In this document: positions 18,134 through 27,550 of the stretch, piece by piece
Layout of the letters: every line of letters begins with the position of its first letter
Numbering within the stretch: position 1 is the stretch's first letter
Assembly (NCBI GenBank): GCA_035298105.1
Contig: DATGYJ010000433.1
Coordinates: forward strand, 1,374-65,373
DNA length: 64,000 nt
DNA from: Anaerolineales bacterium
Lineage (GTDB): Bacteria; Chloroflexota; Anaerolineae; Anaerolineales; Villigracilaceae
Reading direction: 5' to 3'
The notes under the pieces: model-generated
Told to the model about the DNA's origin: nothing
Database searches by the model: none
What the model saw: only the letters and a program-made list of their open reading frames with translations
Program-made: the position numbers and the translations under genes

Positions 18134-20203
18134 ATGACTGAACCGATGTATTTCCAGTGGCAGAATGAACTGTTATGCAAGACCATCTACCCCATGCGGT
18201 TGAATAAACTGCGTGATTTTCTTGTCTTCTACAAAGAAGTTGACCTTTGGGCGGAGTACAAGAATAAGGATATCTCCCTGCTCAAGGATGATGTGCAGGC
18301 CTACGTCAAAGGGATGCAAAATGCGCGCATGGCAGAGTTCCAGAAGTACTCCACCTTGAAGAATTATTTCCTGGCAGCGGATGTCCGCAGCTATTTTCTG
18401 AAGTACCAACCGATTGATGAAGTTGAACTCGCCGAAATCCACAAAATTCACCAATTCTTCATTACGTCCTGGCCCAAGGATATCCGTGGGGAACGAGGTT
18501 TCGTCGAAATGCGAATCGACGCCTGGTCGAGGCACCTCAACTTGATCAAAGATGATGTCAACTTCCGTAAGCGCTACCTGGCAGGCATGCTCCCGAGCCA
18601 TCCCGACCGCCCCAAAAAGGAGCAGGAATTGAGGGTGAGGGAATCCGTTACGCTGGCGATGGCACTCGACGAAATGGACAAATTGCACGATTTCGATGAT
18701 ACCTATGATCAGGTGGAGCAACCCAAGCTGGAATGGTACAAACTCAGTAAAGCCGACCCGAACTTCAAAACGACCGAGATGGAATTCCTGACAAATTACA
18801 AACCGAGTACTCCAGTCACGGTCAGGGATATTGTGCGTCTGAAGGCGGAGGAATTCGCCAGGTCCTTGGATGCGAAGGATCAATACCAGTTGCTGGCAGA
18901 TATTCGCCAGCGCTTTGAAAAAGAACCGAAGCGTTTCCCGTACTGGCTTCAGTATATGGTGGTCCATTTCTCGGGGATGCGTTATGCCAGTGCACACGGT
19001 TCGTGGGCAGACCCGAAGGACTTGCTCGTTGAGCTGCGACTTGGCGACGTTCAAAAAGAACAACTGGCCCTCAGCGATGCTGAGGTGGATGCCAAATGCA
19101 GGGAGAAGGTTACGCAGTATGAAGGGAGCGGAGTAAACAAACCCGGACTTGCCAGCACCACCGACAAGGCCTGGAAGGATAAAGTTTCCATGCACATGCT
19201 GGGTGTGAAGGCCAGCGGACCCAAAACCCGCCGCGCCAGTCTCGCCGCACTTGCAGCGGAAGAAGTCCGCTACGAGTTCATGTCCCTGACGACCGATCAA
19301 GCCCTGGCGAAGCTGGAGGCAATGAAGGATTCATTCCCGAAGTGGGCCTGGAAATTGATTGTCAAGGTCACACCTCTGCGCGTAAATCACGTCGTAGATG
19401 CAGGCTGGGAGACCCTCACACCCGAAGAGGAGACTGCCCGCGCTGCAAAAGAGGCGGGTGACCTGAACAAGATCATCAGCGATTGGATGACCAAATATAC
19501 TGTTGAATGGCGCGATGAACACGCGCGTACGCATGAACTCATTGTCTCGCGCGCGGTCTGTAATGAAACAGCCGAGCATGTCCAGCACATTCGCGGCAAT
19601 CTCCCCCCGGGCGGCCTCACGCCCAAACCCGGCTGGTATGCAAAACTCGAAAAGGAAAAACCAGGATCTTATTACGTCAAGCCCAAATCGGCGGCGGATT
19701 ATACCCCCGGCGCAAGTATCCTTTGGCTGAGGTTCGTCAACAACCTGCCGAACGATTGGCAGCTTGCTCATCCCATCGCCACCAAGGACGGCGAAACTCT
19801 CCTGTCCAAAGAACTATTTGGCAAACGACCGCAGAACAAAGATGCGACAGCTGCCTGGGTGTACCAGCAGGGCGATGTCATCACGCGTACCCGGACAACG
19901 CTGGATGTCAACAAGCAGCGAGTCGCTCAGACTCAATGGCTGAGGTGGATCCACGAAGCAACCATTGCCGAAGTCGCTGAGACCGCAGACGGAATCTACG
20001 TCTACACGTTTGAGACTTCGCTGCCCGATGACGACCGCGGCACATCCTGTCTTGGCTTATTCCGCAACACCCTCAACTGGAATCTGTCCGACGGCACGGA
20101 AGATACTTACAATCGTTCCTTTGTTGGCTTCACTCCCGAAGGTCAGGTGCCGATAGCCCATCTGCAAACAATGCTGGATTGGAACAAGATCCTGCACCAC
20201 TAG
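18134..20203 (+). CDS. large hypothetical protein, paralogue B of 15188..17947
   Basis: Same N-terminus (YFQWQNExLxKTIYP) and same C-terminal motifs; lacks about 230 aa that are present in paralogue A. Confidence 0.85.
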   Translation: MTEPMYFQWQNELLCKTIYPMRLNKLRDFLVFYKEVDLWAEYKNKDISLLKDDVQAYVKGMQNARMAEFQKYSTLKNYFLAADVRSYFLKYQPIDEVELAEIHKIHQFFITSWPKDIRGERGFVEMRIDAWSRHLNLIKDDVNFRKRYLAGMLPSHPDRPKKEQELRVRESVTLAMALDEMDKLHDFDDTYDQVEQPKLEWYKLSKADPNFKTTEMEFLTNYKPSTPVTVRDIVRLKAEEFARSLDAKDQYQLLADIRQRFEKEPKRFPYWLQYMVVHFSGMRYASAHGSWADPKDLLVELRLGDVQKEQLALSDAEVDAKCREKVTQYEGSGVNKPGLASTTDKAWKDKVSMHMLGVKASGPKTRRASLAALAAEEVRYEFMSLTTDQALAKLEAMKDSFPKWAWKLIVKVTPLRVNHVVDAGWETLTPEEETARAAKEAGDLNKIISDWMTKYTVEWRDEHARTHELIVSRAVCNETAEHVQHIRGNLPPGGLTPKPGWYAKLEKEKPGSYYVKPKSAADYTPGASILWLRFVNNLPNDWQLAHPIATKDGETLLSKELFGKRPQNKDATAAWVYQQGDVITRTRTTLDVNKQRVAQTQWLRWIHEATIAEVAETADGIYVYTFETSLPDDDRGTSCLGLFRNTLNWNLSDGTEDTYNRSFVGFTPEGQVPIAHLQTMLDWNKILHH

Positions 20204-20271
20204 TTTCAGCCGTTGGAAAGGGCCGTGACTTGGGAAAACGTTCAATGTGTTCAGCTCGATAGGAGAATGCT

Positions 20272-20835
20272 GTGATCCGTCTAGCCTATTTCCTTTCATT
20301 GCTCATTATGCTGATGTTGGCATGTGCAAGAGCTTCCCTGCCCGCGACAAGCACGAGGATACCTGCCCAGGAGATGAGTACAGCGGCCCCAACTCAGGAG
20401 GTCACTGAGCCCTCTGCGCTTCAGAATTCTGCCCTGGTGGATTATTACGACTCGGATCGAAACCCTGCAGAGGATTTGAAGCAAGCCATCTCCGTCGCAC
20501 AACAGGAACATAAAAGGATTATGCTCGAATTGGGCGGAGACTGGTGTATCTGGTGCAAATATATGGATGACTTCTATAAAAGCCACCCTGACATCTTGCA
20601 GTTTCGAGCCGATCATTATGTGCTGGTCAAGGTCAATGTCAGCCCGGAAAATATGAATGAGAAATTTCTTTCGCCATTTCCCATCGCCGCAGGTTATCCT
20701 CACATTTACATATTGGAAAGCGACGGTGCCTTCCTGCATTCCCAGAATACCGAGGATCTTGAGGATGGGGCCGATTCTTATGTCCCGGAAGTGTTCATGG
20801 CTTTTTTACAAAAGTGGGCGCCGCCAGCTAAATAA
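20272..20835 (+). CDS. thioredoxin-fold lipoprotein
   Basis: Lipobox MLAC; WCIWC redox motif; GYP cis-Pro loop. Confidence 0.85.
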   Translation: MIRLAYFLSLLIMLMLACARASLPATSTRIPAQEMSTAAPTQEVTEPSALQNSALVDYYDSDRNPAEDLKQAISVAQQEHKRIMLELGGDWCIWCKYMDDFYKSHPDILQFRADHYVLVKVNVSPENMNEKFLSPFPIAAGYPHIYILESDGAFLHSQNTEDLEDGADSYVPEVFMAFLQKWAPPAK

Positions 20836-21185
20836 GAAAGCCAACCTCTCCTGGCTGAACATAATTCGCTCCGAACTTAATTTGGGCGCAGACCAACGCT
20901 GACACTTGCACCGGGCGCAAGTGCCGGTGTTTGCGCTGATTTTGATTTATTAAAGCAGACATCTGCGTCTTACAGTGTGAGTCAGCGCCCATTGGCTTGT
21001 ACTCTCTTGACCGATCTCGGATGATCAGATTCGGGATGGGTCGGGGTTTGTTGGCTCTCTGGTTTCTAACACGAGGGTGCCGTCAAATCTTGGGCTGTTT
21101 CACGGCTCTCCTGGGGCGCCATTTTGTTTTCTTCGCTTTTGCGCGGTAGAATTAATTCCCTGTCTGAAGCTATTCAAAGGACCAA

Positions 21186-22187
21186 ATGATGTCTGTTATT
21201 GAAGTCAAAGAGCTCACCAAAGTATTCAAAATCCCGAAAAAGGAACCGGGCTTGGGCGGCGCGGTCAAGGGGCTTTTCCGTCCGCAGTATCAGAACAAGA
21301 CGGCGGTTGATGCGATTAATTTCAAACTGGAGGCAGGGGAGATTGTCGGTTATATCGGCGTGAACGGCGCGGGGAAATCCACTACGATCAAGATGCTGAC
21401 GGGCGTCTTGATGCCGACCAGTGGGAGCGTCAAAGTGCTAGGGCGTGACCCGCACCGCCAGCGGGTGGAGAATGCTCACGATATTGGCGTCGTGTTCGGC
21501 CAACGCACACAGCTGTGGTGGGACCTGGCGCTGATCGAGTCGCTCAATCTCATTGCCAGGATCTATAATGTCCACCCGGTCAAATACCGCTTGATGCTCA
21601 ATAAATTCACTGAAACGCTCGAGCTGGATGAACTGCTCAAGACGCCGGTGCGCAACATGTCACTGGGACAGAAAATGCGCTCAGAGCTGGCTGCGGCGCT
21701 CATCCACGAGCCGCGGGTCGTCTATTTGGATGAACCAACGATCGGCCTGGATCTGATCGTCAAGGAGCGTATCCGTGATTTCATTAAAGCGGAATGCATT
21801 TCGAAAGGAATGACTGTTATCCTGACGACGCATGATCTCGGCGACATCGAGGAACTGTGCCAGCGCGTGATCATTATCGACGATGGACGCATCATCTACG
21901 ATGGACCCATTGAGACCATCAAAAAGAGGTTTGGCAAATTCCGCGAGATCACGTTTGATACTGCGGAAGATGTGAATGTGCTCGAATTGCCTGAGGGAGC
22001 CGCAATCCTTTCGACGAATAATCATAAAGTGCAGGTCCGTTTTGATCGCACGATCAGTACTGCCAGCAAAGTGGCAGGCGCCGTGATGAACCAAATTGAG
22101 GTGCGTGATTTCTCGCTTTCGGAGCCGGAGCTTTCCGATATCGTCAAGCAAATTTACAACGGTGCCCTGGAGAGGGAGATGCGATGA
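21186..22187 (+). CDS. ABC transporter ATP-binding protein (ABC-2 exporter type)
   Basis: Walker A GVNGAGKST, signature MSLGQ, Walker B VVYLDEP, TTH. Confidence 0.95.
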   Translation: MMSVIEVKELTKVFKIPKKEPGLGGAVKGLFRPQYQNKTAVDAINFKLEAGEIVGYIGVNGAGKSTTIKMLTGVLMPTSGSVKVLGRDPHRQRVENAHDIGVVFGQRTQLWWDLALIESLNLIARIYNVHPVKYRLMLNKFTETLELDELLKTPVRNMSLGQKMRSELAAALIHEPRVVYLDEPTIGLDLIVKERIRDFIKAECISKGMTVILTTHDLGDIEELCQRVIIIDDGRIIYDGPIETIKKRFGKFREITFDTAEDVNVLELPEGAAILSTNNHKVQVRFDRTISTASKVAGAVMNQIEVRDFSLSEPELSDIVKQIYNGALEREMR

Positions 22188-22996
22188 TCCAAGCTGCCAA
22201 ACGCGATCTCTCGGTCTACGCCTCTTTCTTTGCTATGATGCCTAAATTGTTCATGGCTTATCAGGTCTGGTTTTGGGTTGGGCTGGTCCTCAATATTATC
22301 AGCATGGCGATCCTGGTCTATTTCTGGCGCGGGATCTATAACGATACCAGCACGATTTCCGGTTTGGGACTTAGCCAGACGCTCACCTATATTTTGCTGG
22401 CTTTTATCTTTATGCCTCTCACTGCGATCGACCTGGTTTGGGAAATCGGCAGCAATTTGCGTGAGGGTACGATCATTCATCACCTTCTACGCCCGATCAA
22501 CTTTCAAGGGATGAATTATGCCCAGTCCTTTGGAACCCTGGTGACGCGCTTGATCCTGCAAGTGCCTATGGCGATTGTCGCGGTCTTATTGTTCGGGCTG
22601 CGCTTCCCAAGCGATTTGCTCACCTGGCTGGCATTCATCGTCTCTGCCTTGCTCGGCTTTACGGTGATGTTCTTCTTCAATTGGTTCCTGGCCTGTCTCA
22701 CGTTCTATACCACCGAAATCTGGGGCCTGGGTGTATTGATCGAAGGCATGAATTTCTTTCTCAGCGGGGCGCTGGTTCCGCTGGTGATGATGCCGGCCTG
22801 GATCAGGACGATCGTACTCAGTATCCCTTTTGCCCAGGCATTAGCGGTGCCGGTGGGTTTGCTGACAGGCATTACGCCTCTCAGCGAGGCACCACGGGTC
22901 TGGTTCATTCAAGTTCTGTGGATCTTCGGAATGTGGCTGCTCTCAGGCTTGTTCTTCAGGGTTGCCGTACGCAAGATCACCGTGCAAGGCGGTTAA
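22184..22996 (+). CDS. ABC-2 family permease (DUF990-type)
   Basis: Six TM helices; LLRP motif; C-terminal VQGG; ATGA overlap with the ATPase. Confidence 0.9.
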   Translation: MIQAAKRDLSVYASFFAMMPKLFMAYQVWFWVGLVLNIISMAILVYFWRGIYNDTSTISGLGLSQTLTYILLAFIFMPLTAIDLVWEIGSNLREGTIIHHLLRPINFQGMNYAQSFGTLVTRLILQVPMAIVAVLLFGLRFPSDLLTWLAFIVSALLGFTVMFFFNWFLACLTFYTTEIWGLGVLIEGMNFFLSGALVPLVMMPAWIRTIVLSIPFAQALAVPVGLLTGITPLSEAPRVWFIQVLWIFGMWLLSGLFFRVAVRKITVQGG

Positions 22997-23118
22997 TTCG
23001 CGGTGTGAGCGGAGCCGTAGGACAAGTTTGATGCCAGTTTGAAGTATTCTGCTGATATGCGCTTCGACTTCGGGACAGAAGTGCGCTGTTCCTCCGTTCA
23101 GCGCGAAACAGGGAGCTT

Positions 23119-23907
23119 ATGACTCGCTACTTAAACCTCTACTGGTACTTCCTCATCCAGCGCCTCAAGGTGTTGATGGAATATCGCGTGAATTTCATCC
23201 TTGGCGCCTCGTCTACGATGGTTTGGCAGGCGTCGAGTATCGCCGCAGTCTGGGTAGTCATGCAAAAAGTACCCAGCTTGAATGGCTGGAACTATGATGA
23301 AGTCCTGCTGATCTATGGTCTTGTCACCCTGTCGAAATCCATCAACCACATGTTCGCCGATAACCTATGGACGCTGGGACGCCAATATATTCGTACCGGT
23401 GGCTTCGACCGCTTCCTTGTCCGCCCGATTGATCCGCTGTTCCATCTGCTGGCGGATCGCTTCTGCCAGGATGGCGTTGGGAATTTTCTGGTCGGCGCTG
23501 CACTGGTCATCAAATCGTCCATCGCGCTCAACATTGACTGGACTCCGCTCAAGCTGCTGATGTTGGTTGTCGGGGTAGTGAGCGGCGGATTTATCTTCAT
23601 CGCGTTGAACCTGATCACGTGCGTGACGGCGTTCTGGATCGTGGACTCGGTTCCGATCACGCGCCTGGTCTTTGATAACCACCTGTTCGCGCAATACCCG
23701 CTCTCCATCTACCCGAGGTTGATCGGCATCCTGCTGACCTGGATCATCCCCTATGGATTTGCATCCTTCTACCCTGCGAGCTATGTGCTGGACCGCGACG
23801 TGGGCAGCATTGCCTGGTTTGGACCATTCGTGGCAGCGTTGCTGCTTTTCCTTGGCTATCGCTTCTGGCAGTTCGGGTTGAAGTATTATTCAGGAACGGG
23901 AACATAG
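23119..23907 (+). CDS. ABC-2 family permease (DUF990-type)
   Basis: EYRVNF, GGFDRFLVRP, YPLSIYP, C-terminal YSGTGT. Confidence 0.9.
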   Translation: MTRYLNLYWYFLIQRLKVLMEYRVNFILGASSTMVWQASSIAAVWVVMQKVPSLNGWNYDEVLLIYGLVTLSKSINHMFADNLWTLGRQYIRTGGFDRFLVRPIDPLFHLLADRFCQDGVGNFLVGAALVIKSSIALNIDWTPLKLLMLVVGVVSGGFIFIALNLITCVTAFWIVDSVPITRLVFDNHLFAQYPLSIYPRLIGILLTWIIPYGFASFYPASYVLDRDVGSIAWFGPFVAALLLFLGYRFWQFGLKYYSGTGT

Positions 23908-23943
23908 AGCGCCTATTTTGAGTCTATATTTCCACAAAGATAT

Positions 23944-25065
23944 ATGAAACCTCCAGAAAAATTCAATCCCTTATTTGACAGATTTCTCCTCGGCGGATTG
24001 GGCTGTGGATTGATCGCCCTCTGCGTTTTGATGGGCAGTTTTTTTTACATCTGGCAAAATCCGCCCCGGTCGCGCACTACGACCACGCCATTGGCACCCG
24101 GCAGCTTATCCACGCTAACGTCCGGCCCCACCCCGACAGCGCTTTTTCAATTCGCCACACCAAGTGTATTTCCCACCGGATTTCCCACGTTCACTCCAGT
24201 GCCGCCAGGGACACTCCCGGTTGTGGTAGGGCCGCCTTCAGGTTCGACATTCGGCAACACGCCTCCCACCGGCACGATAGTATTCACCTGTTTCGTCAAT
24301 CAGATCGACCAGGTCTGTCTGATGAATGCCGATGGGACAGGGCGCAAACAGCTCACGCAGGCGGCCGGCACCGCCTTCTATGCTTCCATTTCCCCGGAAG
24401 GGACAAAGATCTACTTTTCCTCCCGCATGAGTGGAAGCTTCGAGATTTATTCCATGAATATGAGAGGTCGCGAGTTGAGACGCCTCACCAAGAATATTGG
24501 CAGTGTGTACGGGCCGGAGCGTTCTCCCATCGATGATCGGATTGTCTTTGCCAACGAGACCGCAGGCCAGCAGCAGATCTGGGTGATGAAGACCGATGGA
24601 AAAAACCCCCATCCGCTCAGCGATGGAAGCGCGGATATCGATCCCACCTGGTCTCCAGATGGGATGAGGATTGCATTTGCCTCGGCCCGCACAGGTCAAC
24701 GCCAGTTATATGTGATGAATCGAGATGGAACAGAAGTTCAACAGGTGACGAACCTGCCCGATATGGGTGGGCGCAGCACCTGGTCACCGGATGGCAGAAA
24801 GTTAGCCTTTTATGCGGGACCCGCTGAAGATCACAACATTTATGTGATCAATGTGGATGGGACAGGCCTGGCAAAGCTCACGAACGGCGGAGATAACCTC
24901 GGTCCCAGTTGGTCGCCAGATGGGAACTGGATCGCGTTCACCTCCTTCCGGGATGGGAACAACGAAATCTACATTATGCACCCCGATGGGACAGCCGTAA
25001 CGCGCCTCACGAGTAATCCAGGCTCCGATTGGCAGCCGAGGTGGGGGAGAGACATTAGCCAGTAA
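23944..25065 (+). CDS. membrane-anchored TolB-like beta-propeller (PD40 repeat) protein
   Basis: N-terminal TM, Pro/Thr linker, repeated PxWSPDG..IAF motifs. Confidence 0.9.
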   Translation: MKPPEKFNPLFDRFLLGGLGCGLIALCVLMGSFFYIWQNPPRSRTTTTPLAPGSLSTLTSGPTPTALFQFATPSVFPTGFPTFTPVPPGTLPVVVGPPSGSTFGNTPPTGTIVFTCFVNQIDQVCLMNADGTGRKQLTQAAGTAFYASISPEGTKIYFSSRMSGSFEIYSMNMRGRELRRLTKNIGSVYGPERSPIDDRIVFANETAGQQQIWVMKTDGKNPHPLSDGSADIDPTWSPDGMRIAFASARTGQRQLYVMNRDGTEVQQVTNLPDMGGRSTWSPDGRKLAFYAGPAEDHNIYVINVDGTGLAKLTNGGDNLGPSWSPDGNWIAFTSFRDGNNEIYIMHPDGTAVTRLTSNPGSDWQPRWGRDISQ

Positions 25066-25091
25066 ACAGTAATCTAATCAGTGCCTGGCAT

Positions 25092-25125
25092 GCCCCTGCA
25101 GGTCTCGAGACCTGCAGGGGCTTTT
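25092..25125 (+). terminator. terminator formed by a perfect 30-bp palindrome
   Basis: GCCCCTGCAGGTCTC|GAGACCTGCAGGGGC followed by TTTT. Confidence 0.75.
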
Positions 25126-25224
25126 CGCGTCCTTTTGGCTTCGTTGGGTGGTCAAATCCGGCTTGGGAACATTCCGAGGCTATTAGCACCTTTACAGGTG
25201 AGAGCAGCGAGATCAGAGCTTTGA

Positions 25225-25257
25225 ACTAGTACAGGACTAGTACAGGATTAGTACAGA
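25225..25257. repeat. 11-bp direct repeat x3 (A[C/T]TAGTACAG[G/A])
   Basis: ACTAGTACAGG ACTAGTACAGG ATTAGTACAGA; same family as 63669-63712. Confidence 0.85.
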
Positions 25258-25431
25258 AATCAAAACTCGATCAGGCAGGGAGAAGCATGGAAAAGCAGAC
25301 CTCAACCCGGTTATTCGTTCCCTAGTTTGATAGTTATATAGTTAGGCAGCTGTGAAGATCCGTGCGTGCAGCGAGGTTTGATCAGCGCGCTTATCATCCG
25401 CAAGGGGAATGCTGAGCGGTCAGCCGGAATA

Positions 25432-26358
25432 CTAACGCGAGGCTCGCAACCCTGCTATCACAACCAATACAACTAACATCGCCCAAAGTGCTGCTGCCAC
25501 CGCAACATAAGCAACCAGCAGAAGTGGAGCGAAGCCATGCGTTAGCATGAAGATACCAATCGCGGCCTCGAGCAGGAGCAAAACCCCCACCAGGGAGGCG
25601 GCTTGTCTAATTCCGGATTGCCAGCGCTGGGTGCGCCAGGCCTGGATCACAATGCCTGCGATCAAGATGACCGACCCACCGGCGATCAGGTAACGCCCCA
25701 GTAAGAGCCAGCCGCGTAAATCGCTGAGGATCGGCAGCTCATTGTAAAGAGGCCATCCCAAACAGCGGACAAGCGAGCCGCTCTTTGCGACCAGAACCCC
25801 ACTCACCAGAACGAAGAATACCCCGCCGGCCGCCCAGAGCGTTAATTTGACGAAGGAACCGCGCAGCAGGGCTGGGCTCACGAGCGCGGAATCATTGCGG
25901 CGTGCGAACGCGACGACCGTTGCGGTGACCATCAGGGCGAGAACGATCAGGGCGGAGCCAAGGTCAACCGCTGCCAGGGCAGGCGGCAATCCGGTGAGAA
26001 CTGCGAATGCCCCGAATACGATCACCGCGCAGGTCAGCGCAATAGCAATCACCGGCGGTCTGCTTACCCACCCAATGGTGGGGGTCCGGCGCCAGCCCAC
26101 AACTGCGACAACGATGATGAGTGGTGTTGTCAGTGCGGCGATGAAGCGATGCGTGTACTCAATGAGCGCATTGCTTTGCGGAGGAGGGATGAATTGCCCG
26201 AAGCATCCCGGCCAGTCAGGGCAGCCAAGTGTTGATCGGGTGGCACAAACAATGCCTCCCATCGTAACCAACAGGTAGACCATGATCGCAGCCGCCAAAA
26301 GAAGAATGCGATGGGATCTTGTGATGGATGAGTTGCCGGTTGAAAAATCTGTTGTCAT
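25432..26358 (-). CDS. COX15/CtaA heme A synthase family membrane protein
   Basis: GGIV...GCPDWPGC, EYTHR; the second half lacks the usual His residues. Confidence 0.85.
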   Translation of the reverse strand: MTTDFSTGNSSITRSHRILLLAAAIMVYLLVTMGGIVCATRSTLGCPDWPGCFGQFIPPPQSNALIEYTHRFIAALTTPLIIVVAVVGWRRTPTIGWVSRPPVIAIALTCAVIVFGAFAVLTGLPPALAAVDLGSALIVLALMVTATVVAFARRNDSALVSPALLRGSFVKLTLWAAGGVFFVLVSGVLVAKSGSLVRCLGWPLYNELPILSDLRGWLLLGRYLIAGGSVILIAGIVIQAWRTQRWQSGIRQAASLVGVLLLLEAAIGIFMLTHGFAPLLLVAYVAVAAALWAMLVVLVVIAGLRASR

Positions 26359-26445
26359 ATTGTCCTCTTCCCTTGTCGTAAGACCACCTCTGTAGGATGA
26401 ATTTGCAGGTAAGAAAATCTATCTGTCGATCAGATCTCTGACCAG

Positions 26446-27303
26446 TTATGCCGCACGCGGAGCATTCATTGTCAATTCTTCACAAATGTGCCAAAGCTTC
26501 TCTTCGGCCCTCTTATTCCTGAACTCGCATTCGACCTCTTCACGATCTTCATAGAACTTTCCGCTGACACGCTCCAGCTCGGGGTTGCTTGCCAGCCATA
26601 CGGCCGTATCGGCCCCCTGGACGCTTGTCCGCCCGCCGGAATATTGCGTGAGGCGTTGGACTAGTTCGGGCGCCGCATTGCGATAGAGTCCCGTCTCGGT
26701 GATCAAACCGGGCGTCATGGCGTTGGCAGTGACGCCGGTTCCTTTCAGCCGGCGTGCCAGAGCCCAGGTGAGCAGACGATCGCAGGCTTTCGATTGGGCA
26801 TAGGCTCGAAAACTTTCGAAATTACGCCGCTCGAACTGTAAATCGTCCAGGTCGAGGTCGCTGGCATACTGTGAAGCCACGTTGATGATGCGGGCGGGTG
26901 CGCTGCGCTTCAAGACCTCCAGCAATTCCTGCGTCAGTAGAAAATAGCCGAGCACGTTTGTGGCAAAGGTCAATTCAACCCCATCGGCGCTCGCCACTTT
27001 CGGGAGCGTACCGCGGTTGCCGGAGGCGTTATTGATCAATACATCAAGACGGCGATATCTGCGGCGGAACTCCCGGGCGAATTCACGGATGGATGTCTGG
27101 CTGGAGGTGTCGAGCTCCATCACGACTGGTTCTACCGCACCGGGGATGCGAGTAATCTCTGAAGCAACCTGTTTTCCTTTTTTGACATCCCGGCAGCCGA
27201 GGATCAGCTCGGCGGCCAGAGCTGCTAACTGCAGGGCCATCTCTTTTCCCACGCCCGAAGTGGGACCCGTAATCAAGACACGTTTGCCTTTCATAGAATT
27301 CAT
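26446..27303 (-). CDS. short-chain dehydrogenase/reductase (retinol-DH-like)
   Basis: TGPTSGVG, LINNA, YAQSK. Confidence 0.93.
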   Translation of the reverse strand: MNSMKGKRVLITGPTSGVGKEMALQLAALAAELILGCRDVKKGKQVASEITRIPGAVEPVVMELDTSSQTSIREFAREFRRRYRRLDVLINNASGNRGTLPKVASADGVELTFATNVLGYFLLTQELLEVLKRSAPARIINVASQYASDLDLDDLQFERRNFESFRAYAQSKACDRLLTWALARRLKGTGVTANAMTPGLITETGLYRNAAPELVQRLTQYSGGRTSVQGADTAVWLASNPELERVSGKFYEDREEVECEFRNKRAEEKLWHICEELTMNAPRAA

Positions 27304-27550
27304 AAGATGCTGCTCTCTTTCTGAGGATATTTTACTCTCATGCGGCGAGTGGAGAGTAGAGATTAGAGAGTAGTAAAAGCCCCTGAAGGCGATGAGACCT
27401 AAAGGGGCTTCTGATCTGCGACAGGCTGCGTCGTACTTGTTGAAATTCTCTGATCACGTCGCCGTCCTCGGCGACGATTTACTAGGTAACCCAGCGCCGG
27501 GGACGGCGCTGAGAGCAGTGTTGCGAACTATGCGATACACTTGTCGGAAT

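Noticed and set aside
18173-19300. 375-aa antisense ORF
   Set aside because: Lies fully opposite a gene supported by a paralogue; a shadow of codon bias with no motifs
96-20203. tRNA-anchored integrative element or prophage explaining the accessory block
   Set aside because: No integrase, transposase, phage structural gene or tRNA 3'-end duplication seen; leuS directly follows the tRNAs
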